Source: a virus (taxonomy: Duplodnaviria; Caudoviricetes). From it: a stretch of DNA of 43,525 nucleotides. Made by a program: the position numbers and the translations under genes. Under the pieces are notes generated by a model. The model searched no databases. It had not been told where the DNA came from and worked only from the letters and a program-made list of their open reading frames with translations. Position 1 is the first letter of the stretch, and every line of letters begins with the position of its first letter. The stretch is taken from the IMG/VR virus record IMGVR_UViG_3300049782_000030, positions 1-43,525 of that record; one strand, written 5' to 3'. Below are positions 34,807 through 43,513 of this stretch, piece after piece.

Positions 34807-34822
34807 TCGAACATGCGTGCGA
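34807..34822. promoter_or_regulatory. Actinobacterial LexA (SOS) box
   Basis: TCGAAC-ATGC-GTGCGA, one mismatch to TCGAAC-N4-GTTCGA. Confidence 0.6.
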
Positions 34823-34851
34823 GCATCTGACAGGGGTACTGACGGGTTTCG

Positions 34852-34882
34852 GACTTCCATAACAAGTGGATTAGCAATCCAA
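34852..34882. other. Candidate attP core
   Basis: TCCA-TAACAAG-TGGA inverted repeat around a 7-bp spacer in an AT-rich gap near int; unverified. Confidence 0.3.
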
Positions 34883-34921
34883 TAGCCGCGTGGGCGTAGG
34901 AAAATCACGCTCTGGCGCGTT

Positions 34922-35389
34922 TTACCCTGCGTCCTCGTCCAGCGCGCGGACCACGCGAGCCGTCCGGCGGATGCTCGCCTCGTCGCCCGCCTCAACCCAG
35001 CGCGCCACCAACTCGCGCAGCGAGAGCAACTCGCGCTTGGTCTCCTCGCTCAACCCCGACCGGCGCACGGCCTCCTCGGTCGACCACTCCCCCGCGGGGC
35101 CGGCCGACTCGACCTCGTAGGCGGTGCCGATCGGCTTCCGCTGGGCCATGGGTACAGGGTCACCGCCATCCAGCACGGAGCGGACACTGCCCGGCTCCCA
35201 GCGCATGCCGCGCTCGAACTTGCTCAGGGTCCGCCCGCTGTACCGGTCGGTGCGGACGGACTCGATGGACTGGACGCGATCCAAGGACAGCTCGCCGCGC
35301 GTCGCCACGTCGAGCTGCGTCCAGCCGTGCAGTTCGCGCCGCTCCTTCACAAGCCGAGCAAGGCGCTGCCAACCCTCTGCGTTGTCCAC
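34922..35389 (-). CDS. Immunity repressor (CI-like, XRE HTH)
   Basis: WQRLARLVKERR..WTQLDVA..LSLDRVQSIE..TLSKFERGMRWEPGS; divergent from cro. Confidence 0.88.
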   Translation of the reverse strand: MDNAEGWQRLARLVKERRELHGWTQLDVATRGELSLDRVQSIESVRTDRYSGRTLSKFERGMRWEPGSVRSVLDGGDPVPMAQRKPIGTAYEVESAGPAGEWSTEEAVRRSGLSEETKRELLSLRELVARWVEAGDEASIRRTARVVRALDEDAG

Positions 35390-35395
35390 GTGCCC

Positions 35396-35539
35396 ATCAT
35401 GCCAGGCGTGTTTAGGCGTGTTCCCGTGAGACCGGTCCAGAAGTAAGGCCAGTATGGCAAGCAGTCACGCCTGATCAAGTATGTTCAGGTCACTTCCACT
35501 GGTTTCGGACTTGATTCACGCCTGAACACGCCTTAGAGT
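35396..35539. promoter_or_regulatory. Lysis/lysogeny switch: divergent promoters with CACGCCT operator repeats
   Basis: TTGATT(35511)-CACGCCTGAACACGCCT-TAGAGT(35534); minus strand CACGCCTAAACACGCCT (35420-35404) next to CATGAT; single site at 35466. Confidence 0.8.
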
Positions 35540-35546
35540 GGTCGTC

Positions 35547-35810
35547 ATGACACAGACGCCCCCCACCCGGATCCAGAACGGACCGGCGATCAGGGCGATC
35601 CGCGAGCGCAGCGAACTGACGGTCCGGCAGGTCTGCGACCTCATCAGGGAGCACGACGGGATCGACGTTCACCCCAACCACATCCGCAACGTGGAGACAA
35701 ACGCGCGCGGAGCGAGTCCTCAGCTCATCGGCGCGATCGCCCGCGCACTCAAGGTGCCCAAGGTGGCCATCCTCGCCGAGGCCGAACGCCCGGAGGCCAG
35801 GACCGCGTGA
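35547..35810 (+). CDS. Cro-like HTH regulator
   Basis: NGPAIRAIRERSELTV..HIRNVETNARGASP..IARAL; ATG 7 nt after the -10 box (leaderless). Confidence 0.85.
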   Translation: MTQTPPTRIQNGPAIRAIRERSELTVRQVCDLIREHDGIDVHPNHIRNVETNARGASPQLIGAIARALKVPKVAILAEAERPEARTA

Positions 35811-35911
35811 GCCCCACACCAAGGCGCCAGCCGATGAAGGAGTGCCCGCACTGCTTCACCGAGAACGAGCCGAGCCGAACTCGGTGCCGCAACTGCGGGA
35901 AGGAGATCTGA
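35807..35911 (+). CDS. 34-aa zinc-ribbon microprotein
   Basis: KECPHCFTEN..RCRNCGKEI; GTGA and TGATG coupling. Confidence 0.65.
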   Translation: MSPTPRRQPMKECPHCFTENEPSRTRCRNCGKEI

Positions 35912-36753
35912 TGAGCGAGATCAGGGAAGTCGCCCTCACCGAGTCGCGCACCCTCCGCGACCAGTACGCCGGACGTACGGACGTGCTCGACAAAGTCAAG
36001 GCCCTGTCGCTGCTGCCTGACGGTGTCCACGCCACGACCGAGATGGTCGCCTCGTACTACGAGGTCGACGTCGACGCCGTCGAGAGCCTGGTCCAACGCA
36101 ACCGCGCCGAACTGGAACTCAATGGTCGCCGCGTGCTGCGCGGCAGCGAACTCCGCGAGTTCAAGCAGACCGTCAATCTGACGGGCTCCTCTCGCAACGC
36201 CCTCGCGCTCTTTACTCGACGGACGATCCTGAACGTCGGCCAACTCCTCACTGAGTCCTCCATCGCGCAGGCCGTCCGCACCTATCTGCTCGACGTGGAG
36301 GAGGTCGCCGGTCCGGAGGTGCGGAATGAGGCGATCGAGCGAGCGGCCGTGTCCCGCGCGCAAGTGAAGCTGCTCGACGCCGCCCGCAATCTGGTCGACC
36401 CCGGATGGCTGGGCGCCAAGACCAAGGTCGTCATCGCGCGAGGTCTCGGCGAGGAGCCGGAGATCGACCCGGACGACATGCCGCTGTACGTCCCCGACTT
36501 CCTCAAGAGCAAGGGCCTGGCCAAGGCCGACATCGAGTCCGTGCAGTCCTGGTTCGGCCGGCGCGTCGCGTCGCTCTACGAGGCCGAGCACGGCGAGAAG
36601 CCGGGCAAGCGCGCGAGCGAGCTGCCCAACGGTCAGATCCGGGAGACCTACGCCTGGACCAGGCGGGACATGCCGCTCTTCGGCGAGGCATGGGACCGCT
36701 GGTACGCCGACCGCTATCCAGCCACGCTCGCCCTCATCGACGGCGGTGCGTGA
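35911..36753 (+). CDS. Antirepressor-like DNA-binding protein
   Basis: LTESRTLR..VLDKVKAL..TTEMVASYYEV..LFTRRTILNVGQLLTESSIAQAVRTYLLD; AAGGAG RBS. Confidence 0.8.
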   Translation: MSEIREVALTESRTLRDQYAGRTDVLDKVKALSLLPDGVHATTEMVASYYEVDVDAVESLVQRNRAELELNGRRVLRGSELREFKQTVNLTGSSRNALALFTRRTILNVGQLLTESSIAQAVRTYLLDVEEVAGPEVRNEAIERAAVSRAQVKLLDAARNLVDPGWLGAKTKVVIARGLGEEPEIDPDDMPLYVPDFLKSKGLAKADIESVQSWFGRRVASLYEAEHGEKPGKRASELPNGQIRETYAWTRRDMPLFGEAWDRWYADRYPATLALIDGGA

Positions 36754-37091
36754 TGGCCGCCACCTGGACCTGTGGCTGCGGCACCGAAAACCCGCGGACC
36801 GCCTCGCTCTGTCGGAACAAGGGCTGCCCGCACGCCGCCGCGATGCGCGGCCTGCGCGCCCGTCTGGCCGTGCACTCGAGCTGGGCGAAGACGACCGACC
36901 GCACCGCCCGCACCGCGCCAGGCACCGCCGCTTCGCCGGCGTCCCTCTCCTACTGGGAGAAGCGCGTCGACCCCGACGGCGAGATGGACGAGGCCACCCG
37001 CGCGAAGGCGGCGGAGAACGCCAGGTCGGCGCACTACTCGCGCATGGCCTACCGCTCCGCGATGGCCCGCCGCAAGAAGACCACCCCCTGA
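36753..37091 (+). CDS. Conserved actinophage hypothetical protein with N-terminal Zn ribbon
   Basis: HSSWAKTTDRTARTAP..VDPDG..AENARSAHYSRMA. Confidence 0.8.
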   Translation: MAATWTCGCGTENPRTASLCRNKGCPHAAAMRGLRARLAVHSSWAKTTDRTARTAPGTAASPASLSYWEKRVDPDGEMDEATRAKAAENARSAHYSRMAYRSAMARRKKTTP

Positions 37092-37171
37092 ACAAGACGA
37101 CCCCCGGGGCCGCCAAGCAGCCGGAGGTCGCCGCGGAGCAATCCGCGAACCCAGAGTAAAGGAGCGAATCC

Positions 37172-37408
37172 GTGAAGCAGGTGAACGAGCTGCTGACCGA
37201 CGCCGAGATCCGCGAGGCGCTGGAGGACCCGGCCTCCCCCTACTTCCTGGAGGGCTGGCAGGCCCGGACCGCGCTGAAGGTGCAGGCCGAGTTCGGCTTC
37301 ACCCTGGAGCGGGCCGTGGCCGGTTCGTTCGCCCACCAGCACGAGATGCGCGCGGAGGGCCGGTTCCCGCTGGCCGGCCGAGTGGCCGAGGGGCGGTGGG
37401 CGCGGTGA
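37172..37408 (+). CDS. Hypothetical protein
   Basis: AAGGAG RBS, GTG start. Confidence 0.7.
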   Translation: MKQVNELLTDAEIREALEDPASPYFLEGWQARTALKVQAEFGFTLERAVAGSFAHQHEMRAEGRFPLAGRVAEGRWAR

Positions 37409-37842
37409 CCGGCCCCGTGAACCCCTTCCGCGAGGCGATGCGCAGGGCGTGGCCGTCGGCTGGCTCCGACGACCTGGCCCCGGAGGTGCGGCTGGTCGCC
37501 CCGTCCCGGCCGGTGACGTGCGCGACGGGCGAGGTGTGCGGCGACCGGCACCCCGAGACCGGCCGGCACGTGGTGCGGGAGTTGCCTGCCGGTGAGGACA
37601 CGCGGCCGTGGTCGATGCCGGTGAAGTCGCAGCCCGCGCCGCCCCCGCCGCGGATCCAGCGGTGCGACGGGCTGTGCCCGGGTGACGACTGCTACGCGTG
37701 CGCCCGCGCCGCCGACGCCGCCGCTGAGCGCCGTGCCCTTGCCGAGCAGGTGGAGGCGCTGGCCGAGCGGGTGGCGGCGCTGGAGGCGGAAGTGCTCGGC
37801 CTCATCGAGACCAACAAGACCCTGAAGGCGAGGACGCCATGA
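37405..37842 (+). CDS. Hypothetical protein
   Basis: GTGA/ATGA coupling; Cys cluster and C-terminal coiled coil. Confidence 0.65.
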   Translation: MTGPVNPFREAMRRAWPSAGSDDLAPEVRLVAPSRPVTCATGEVCGDRHPETGRHVVRELPAGEDTRPWSMPVKSQPAPPPPRIQRCDGLCPGDDCYACARAADAAAERRALAEQVEALAERVAALEAEVLGLIETNKTLKARTP

Positions 37843-38054
37843 CCGTCCCGGAGCCGTCCCTGACCGACTGGGTCGCGATGGCCGCCGAGATGTACGACGA
37901 GCAGATGGCCGGCCCCACCGAGGCCGTGGACTTCCTGAGCGAGGTCGCCGAGGTGTCCCGGCCGCGCGCCGCATTCCTGCTGCTGGACGAGGCCCGACGC
38001 CGCGCCGATACCCACGTCCAGACCATCCACATCGACGACGACTGGCAGGAGTGA
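37839..38054 (+). CDS. Hypothetical protein
   Basis: ATGA/GTGA coupling. Confidence 0.65.
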   Translation: MTVPEPSLTDWVAMAAEMYDEQMAGPTEAVDFLSEVAEVSRPRAAFLLLDEARRRADTHVQTIHIDDDWQE

Positions 38055-38908
38055 CGAACGTGAAGATCGTCCGCCACGACAGCGGCCGCAACCACTGGTA
38101 CATCGACACCGAGACCGGCGACCGGATCGACGGCGTCACCACCATCCTCGACAAGGGCCTGCCCAAGAAGGCCCTGATCAACTGGGCCGCGAACGCCACC
38201 GCCGACTACACCCTGGACCACTGGGACGAGCTGGCCGGACTAGCGCCGTCGGCCCGGCTCAAGAAGATCCAGGGCGGCCGGTACGCCGTCAAGGACGAGG
38301 CCGCCAAGCGCGGCACCCAGGTGCACAAGCTGGGCGAGAGGCTCATCAACGGCGAGGCCGTCGTGGTACCCGACCTGCTGCGCCCCTACGTGGACAGCTA
38401 CGTCAAGTTCCTGGACGAGTTCCAGCTGCGCGCCCGCTACGTCGAGGCGGTCGTGTACTCCGAGTCGCACCGCTACGTCGGGACGTTCGACATCTTCGGC
38501 GACATCCTCCTGCCGGACATGGAGGAGTACGCCGAACTGCCGCGCGACGACGAGGGGTTCGTGTGCAACTGCCTGATCGACGCCAAGACCAACCGGTCGG
38601 GAATCTTCGGGGAGACCGCCGCACAACTGGCCGGCTACCGGTTCGCCGAGTTCCTGCAGCCCGACCCGCGTGACCCGGACTCGGCGGTCCCGATGCCGGA
38701 GGTCGAGTGGACTGGCGCGCTGTGGATCCGCCCGGACGGCTACTCGCTGATCCCGGTGACGGCGGGCGAGGAGCAGCACCGGGCGCTGCTGTACATGCAG
38801 CAGGTCGGCCAGTTCGACCAGGGCGCGCGGGACCTGATCGGTGAGCCGATCGAGCCGCCGACCGCGTCCCGGTACGTGCTGGCCAAGGCCGACGAGGTGG
38901 ACGCGTGA
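38051..38908 (+). CDS. PD-(D/E)XK exonuclease (RecE/Cas4-like) of the recombination module
   Basis: GVTTIL..LINWAA..RGTQVH..YVGTFD..LIDAKT..QLAGY. Confidence 0.88.
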   Translation: MTNVKIVRHDSGRNHWYIDTETGDRIDGVTTILDKGLPKKALINWAANATADYTLDHWDELAGLAPSARLKKIQGGRYAVKDEAAKRGTQVHKLGERLINGEAVVVPDLLRPYVDSYVKFLDEFQLRARYVEAVVYSESHRYVGTFDIFGDILLPDMEEYAELPRDDEGFVCNCLIDAKTNRSGIFGETAAQLAGYRFAEFLQPDPRDPDSAVPMPEVEWTGALWIRPDGYSLIPVTAGEEQHRALLYMQQVGQFDQGARDLIGEPIEPPTASRYVLAKADEVDA

Positions 38909-39708
38909 TGACCGCGACCCCGAAGCTGAACGCCGCGCTGGCCAAGGTGCAGGCCAAGCTCCCCAAGCTGGAGCGCGACCGCACCGTCGAGGTGACGACG
39001 AACAAGGGCAGCTACTCCTACAGCTACGCCACGCTGTCCAACCTCACCGAGGCCGTCCTGCCTCTGCTGGCCGAGCACGGCCTGGCGTTCGCGGCAATGC
39101 CGGGTCTCGGCGAGGCCGGGAAGATGTGCCTGCGCTACAGCCTGCTGCACGAGTCCGGAGAGGCGCTGACCGGCGAGTTCCCGCTCGCTGGTGAGGGCGG
39201 TATCCAGATGCTCGGCGGCCGGATCACCTACGCGCGCCGGTACTGCCTGGCCGCCGTGGTCGGGATCGCCGCGGACGAGGACGACGAGTCGCGGCTGGCC
39301 GATGACGGGCCGCGCCCGGCCCAGAGGTCGCAGCGGCAGGCGGCGCAGCAGCAGCGCGGGACGACGACCCAGCGGTCCACGCCCCCGCCGGCGGCCGCCA
39401 GGCCGCCGCTGCCCGGCGAGTCCGCGCCCGACAGTGTCACGGGACCGCAGCTCACCAAGGTCAACACGGTGCTCGGTCAGATCGGCTGGAACGACCGCGA
39501 CGACAAGCTGCGGGCCGCGTCCGCGATCGTCGGCCGCCCGCTGCAGTCGAGCAAGGACATGACCAAGGCTGAGGCCCACGCGCTCATCGAGGCACTGGAG
39601 AAGGTCGCGGCCGGCCCGGACCCCGCGGACAAGCTCGGCGAGCTGGTGGCCGAGGCGCGCGGCCAGGAGGGCGAGCAGGGCAACGGCGCCGAGGGCGGTG
39701 ACCGGTGA
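38905..39708 (+). CDS. ERF-family single-strand annealing protein
   Basis: YSYATLS..LLHESGE..GGRITYARRY.LAAVVGIAADEDDE. Confidence 0.9.
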   Translation: MMTATPKLNAALAKVQAKLPKLERDRTVEVTTNKGSYSYSYATLSNLTEAVLPLLAEHGLAFAAMPGLGEAGKMCLRYSLLHESGEALTGEFPLAGEGGIQMLGGRITYARRYCLAAVVGIAADEDDESRLADDGPRPAQRSQRQAAQQQRGTTTQRSTPPPAAARPPLPGESAPDSVTGPQLTKVNTVLGQIGWNDRDDKLRAASAIVGRPLQSSKDMTKAEAHALIEALEKVAAGPDPADKLGELVAEARGQEGEQGNGAEGGDR

Positions 39709-39905
39709 TGGCTGACCTGTTCACCCGCCTGCTGACGCCGTCCGAGGTCGCCGAGTACCTGCGGGTCGATGAGGACGTCGTGCACGCCATGGTCGCCGAC
39801 GGGTCCCTGTCGGCGTTCGACGTGGGCGGCGGGGTGCTGGTGCCGGGCGGTTCTCTGCGGGAGTTCGTGGTCGGGGCGTGGGTCAGAGGGGTGTGGAAGT
39901 CATGA
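39705..39905 (+). CDS. Excisionase-like HTH protein
   Basis: LLTPSEVAEYLRVD..V..MVADGSL.AFDVG. Confidence 0.8.
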   Translation: MMADLFTRLLTPSEVAEYLRVDEDVVHAMVADGSLSAFDVGGGVLVPGGSLREFVVGAWVRGVWKS

Positions 39906-40327
39906 CCGAGTCGATCAGCGCCGAGCGGCTCGCCAAGATCCGCAGCGTCCTCGACGCGCTCGGCACGGTTCCCCCTGGGGCCGTCCGCGCGCTGCTGGCC
40001 GAGGTGGACCGGCTCCGCGCCGCCGTGGAGCAGGCCACCGAATGGCAGTGCCGCGCCTGCGGTCGATGGGTCGCCGACGATCCCGAAGACGTGCCCGACC
40101 CCGTGGAGTTGTGGTGCACCGAGTGCGGCCACATCGGCCCCCGCGCCGAGGCCGAGCGACGGATCATCAGCGGCGCCGAGGTGGAGCGGCTCCGCGAGCA
40201 GGTGCGGCACGTCCGCGACCTGCACTCGGCCGAGCCCGGTAGCGACACGTGCTACGCGTGCGACAACGACTGGCTCGTCGGCCAGTGCCCCACCATCCGC
40301 GTCCTGGACGCCGAGGCCCGGTCATGA
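39902..40327 (+). CDS. Hypothetical protein with zinc ribbons
   Basis: ALLAEVDRLR, CRACG, CTECG, CYAC..CPT. Confidence 0.75.
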   Translation: MTESISAERLAKIRSVLDALGTVPPGAVRALLAEVDRLRAAVEQATEWQCRACGRWVADDPEDVPDPVELWCTECGHIGPRAEAERRIISGAEVERLREQVRHVRDLHSAEPGSDTCYACDNDWLVGQCPTIRVLDAEARS

Positions 40328-40587
40328 CCGCCCGGTCGATCCTGCGCGCCCTCACCCGGCTGCGCCCGCCGGTGGTCCGCGAGTGCCAGATGTGCGCCCG
40401 CCGCGTCCGCCGCCTGACCCCGGCGCACCACGCCGACATCGGCGCCCGCCGCATGCCGGAGTGCCGCAGGTGGGGGTGCACGGGACCGCTGTGGCACCCC
40501 GAAGACCTGGCCGGGCATCGGCGGCACGTGGCCGCGCACACCGCAGCCGAGTACGCCCGCAAGTGGGAGGAACCGTTCAATGGCTGA
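40324..40587 (+). CDS. Hypothetical Cys/His-rich protein
   Basis: ATGA coupling; CQMC, CRRWGC. Confidence 0.6.
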   Translation: MTARSILRALTRLRPPVVRECQMCARRVRRLTPAHHADIGARRMPECRRWGCTGPLWHPEDLAGHRRHVAAHTAAEYARKWEEPFNG

Positions 40588-40951
40588 GCAGCTCGCCTTC
40601 GACGCGATCCCCGAACCCGGGCCGGACACGGCCGCCGTCGTGAGCGACATGCTCGCCCGGTACGCCGCCCACACCATCGGCGCACGCTACAGCGGCACCG
40701 CCTACAACCTCATGACGCAGGCGACCTGCTCGTGCGGCTGGGAGGCGGACGAGCCCACCAGGGACCAGCGTCCGCAGTGGGCGGCGGTCGACGCCCACCT
40801 GCTGCCGGTGCTGCCCGACTGGGAACGCGGCGTGTGCTGGTGCGGGCGGGCCATGCTACTCAGCCCGTTCGGGAAGTGGACCCACGCCGCCGACGCCTTC
40901 ATGGGCCACGACGCCAGGCCGCACCCGAAGATCGCCGAGGACAAGCAGTGA
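40580..40951 (+). CDS. Hypothetical protein
   Basis: GGAGG RBS; CSCGW, CWCG. Confidence 0.7.
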   Translation: MAEQLAFDAIPEPGPDTAAVVSDMLARYAAHTIGARYSGTAYNLMTQATCSCGWEADEPTRDQRPQWAAVDAHLLPVLPDWERGVCWCGRAMLLSPFGKWTHAADAFMGHDARPHPKIAEDKQ

Positions 40952-41496
40952 CCGGGGAGCGTCCGCCGACGGCCGTCGAGGACACCGCCATGCGCGCCCT
41001 CCTCGCCGACCCCACCCCCGACCGCGACCCCGGCGGCGAGGCCCTCCGCAAGATCCAAGACCGGATCAACGAGATGCATGCCCGCATCAACAAGAACGGC
41101 GCCCAGGTGGTCGAGACCTGGGCGCCGCCCCAAACGGCCGTACACCTGAAGGGAGCCACGGCCATGCACCTGCGTATCACAGACGACACACCCCCGGGCG
41201 GGCAACGCGACGCCGCCCTGTGCCTGTACCACCTGCTCGACCTGCGCGTCCCCGACGCCGACTGGACCACCTACACCGACGGCGGTCTCCACGGCCACCT
41301 GGAGCGCGACGACGACCGTGACGCGCGCCGCGACATGCGCCGCTACGCCACCTTCCTCGGCGCCCGGCTGAAGGCGTCTCAGGGCCGCGACGGCGGGCTG
41401 GAGTGGATCCACCTGTGCGTGTCGGCGACCTACCGGGGCGTGCCCGTGACCGTGTGGACCCACGTCGACGTCAGGCCCGTGGCGGTGAAGTCATGA
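40948..41496 (+). CDS. Hypothetical protein
   Basis: GTGA/ATGA coupling; internal RBS and in-frame ATG at 41164. Confidence 0.65.
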   Translation: MTGERPPTAVEDTAMRALLADPTPDRDPGGEALRKIQDRINEMHARINKNGAQVVETWAPPQTAVHLKGATAMHLRITDDTPPGGQRDAALCLYHLLDLRVPDADWTTYTDGGLHGHLERDDDRDARRDMRRYATFLGARLKASQGRDGGLEWIHLCVSATYRGVPVTVWTHVDVRPVAVKS

Positions 41497-42113
41497 AGAT
41501 CCCCGAGTACCCCGACTACGACGTCCACCGATTCCTCGCCGACGTCACCGAGCACGAGATGACCGTCCTGCACGACGACCGCCTGTACCGGCACGTGCGG
41601 TTCCAGAAGCCCGGCACCGGCTTCTCCTGGTTCGACCTGATCACCTGGCCCGGGAACCTCGCCTTCCGGGGCGACATGGGCGGGTTCATGTTCACCCGCA
41701 TCCAGGACATGTTCGAGTTCTTCCGTGGCCCGACGATCAACCCGGACTACTGGGCGGAGAAGCTGCCCGGCGGTCGCGAGAGCGTCAAGGCCTACGACTA
41801 CGTCCTGTTCAAGCAGGAGGTGAAACAGGACGTCGCCGAGGCGATCCGCGCACGCCAGGCCCCGGCGGGCATCAGCCGGGCGGTCCGGGACCTGTTCGAG
41901 TGGGGCGACATCACCTGGGAGCACGGGGCCCGGTGCGAACTGGAGCGGTTCGAGTACGAAGGCTGGCGCTTCGTCGACACCTTCGAGTGGGACTTCCGCA
42001 CCTACACCTGGCAGTACCTGTGGGCCTGCCACGCGATCCGCTGGGGGATCGAGCGGTACTACCAGGCCCTGCGCGCCCTTGCCGCGACCGAGGTGAAGGG
42101 CGTCGCGTCGTGA
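41493..42113 (+). CDS. Conserved phage hypothetical protein
   Basis: HEMTVLHDDRLYRHVRF..FDLITWPG..INPDYWAEK..YLWACHAIRWGI. Confidence 0.85.
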   Translation: MKIPEYPDYDVHRFLADVTEHEMTVLHDDRLYRHVRFQKPGTGFSWFDLITWPGNLAFRGDMGGFMFTRIQDMFEFFRGPTINPDYWAEKLPGGRESVKAYDYVLFKQEVKQDVAEAIRARQAPAGISRAVRDLFEWGDITWEHGARCELERFEYEGWRFVDTFEWDFRTYTWQYLWACHAIRWGIERYYQALRALAATEVKGVAS

Positions 42114-42283
42114 CCGCCGCCGAGCGCGAGCAGCGCCTCCACGACCTCACCTCGCACGAGGAACACATGGTCGCCCGCTGGCTGTGCGACCACCAGCCCG
42201 CCGTGTTCGACCGGGCCGCCGACTACGTCGAGGCGATCCGCCGCATGGACACCGACCACATCCGCAAGGAGGCCCGGTCATGA
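42110..42283 (+). CDS. Hypothetical protein
   Basis: GTGA/ATGA coupling. Confidence 0.65.
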   Translation: MTAAEREQRLHDLTSHEEHMVARWLCDHQPAVFDRAADYVEAIRRMDTDHIRKEARS

Positions 42284-42465
42284 GGCTGCCGTCCGACTGG
42301 AAGGCCGAGCGCGCGTCCGGCTGGTGGCAGATCCACCACCTGATCCACATCCCGTGCGGGCTCCGCACCGGGCTGGCCTACGACCTCGTCTGCAACGACG
42401 CCGACGCGCGCCAGGTCGTCTACGGCCACCGCTGCGGCGACGACGAGGAGGCGATCGACGAATGA
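42280..42465 (+). CDS. Hypothetical protein
   Basis: AGGAGG RBS, ATGA coupling. Confidence 0.65.
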   Translation: MRLPSDWKAERASGWWQIHHLIHIPCGLRTGLAYDLVCNDADARQVVYGHRCGDDEEAIDE

Positions 42466-42833
42466 GCACGCCCGTGACCGAACTGAGGCAGGCGGCGGCC
42501 AAGCTCCGCCAGACGGCTGCCAAGGCCACCCCCGGCCCCTGGGAGGACCACTCCACCGGCGACGGCCCGTGGCCCGTCCTCGTCGCAGGTGGCCCCGTCC
42601 CCGGTGACCCGGCGGGCTACCGCGACACCGTCATCAAGGTCCACGAGTCGGTCCGCGAGGACATCCTCGCCGTCGCCGACGCCGCCTGGATCGCGCTGGC
42701 CGGACCGCAGATCGCCGAACCGCTCGCTGACCTGCTGGAAGCGTTCGCACTGGTCGCGCCCGTGCTCAACACGGACAAGGCACTCGCCATCGCCCGCGCG
42801 ATCAACGGCAAGGAGGCCCGCAATGGCGCGTGA
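42462..42833 (+). CDS. Ead/Ea22-like hypothetical protein
   Basis: AKATPGPW..DAAWIALAGP..ALAIARAI. Confidence 0.75.
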   Translation: MSTPVTELRQAAAKLRQTAAKATPGPWEDHSTGDGPWPVLVAGGPVPGDPAGYRDTVIKVHESVREDILAVADAAWIALAGPQIAEPLADLLEAFALVAPVLNTDKALAIARAINGKEARNGA

Positions 42834-43041
42834 GCTGAAGCCCTGCGGCACCATCGCCGCCTACCAACGCCACCGGCGCCACGGCGAGGACCCCTGCGAG
42901 CCCTGTCGGGAGGCCAACCGCGCCCACAGCGGGCCCGCCACCCGTGCCCGCAACGCCGCCGTCCGCCGCCTGATCGACATCTACCCGGACGTGTTCGACG
43001 CCCTCTTCACCGAGGAGCTGGCCAAGGAGAAGACCCGATGA
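42823..43041 (+). CDS. Small Zn-binding protein
   Basis: LKPCGTIAAYQRHRRHGEDPCEPCREAN motif. Confidence 0.78.
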   Translation: MARELKPCGTIAAYQRHRRHGEDPCEPCREANRAHSGPATRARNAAVRRLIDIYPDVFDALFTEELAKEKTR

Positions 43042-43513
43042 GTGACATCGTCGCCGACCTGCGCGCCCACGCCGCCGACTACGCCCGCAAAGCCACCGCC
43101 ATCGCCGAAAAGCGCGACCTGCTGCCCCCACTGGACCAGCTCGCCACCCAGGAGAAGGACGTGGCCCGCCAGATCGGCGACCTGCAGGCCAAGCTCGACG
43201 ACCTCAACCAGGCGCTAGAGCGCGTCCGCCGTGACGCCGTCGACCGCGCCGCACTCGACTACCAGCACCGCAGCTACGTCGAGATCGAACGCGAACTCCT
43301 GGCCAAGGCCGACGGGCACGCCAAGGCCGTCGCGCAGCTCACCCGGCCCCGCCCGGCCGCCGCCGCCATCGCCGAGACCTGGCACGCCATCGGCCGCGCC
43401 CCCGACGCCGAGCCGCTCCCGGCCCCGCACCGCACCCCCGACGCAGGCGGGCTACTCCCGATGCCGCCCGGCATCCCCGCACCCCAACCCCCCGGCGACC
43501 GCCCCGTCGCCGG
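43038..43513 (+). CDS. 5' part of coiled-coil hypothetical protein continuing into 1-172
   Basis: AAGGAGA RBS, ATGA coupling, open to the contig end. Confidence 0.78.

Larger units (their letters stand above)
1..43513. mobile_element. Complete temperate actinobacteriophage (siphovirus) genome, circularly assembled
   Basis: Packaging, head, tail, lysis, integration, immunity and replication modules are all present; 30-nt terminal overlap. Confidence 0.96.

Noticed and set aside
38051-38908. Cas4 implying a CRISPR system
   Set aside because: No array or other cas genes; adjacent to ERF, so a recombination exonuclease
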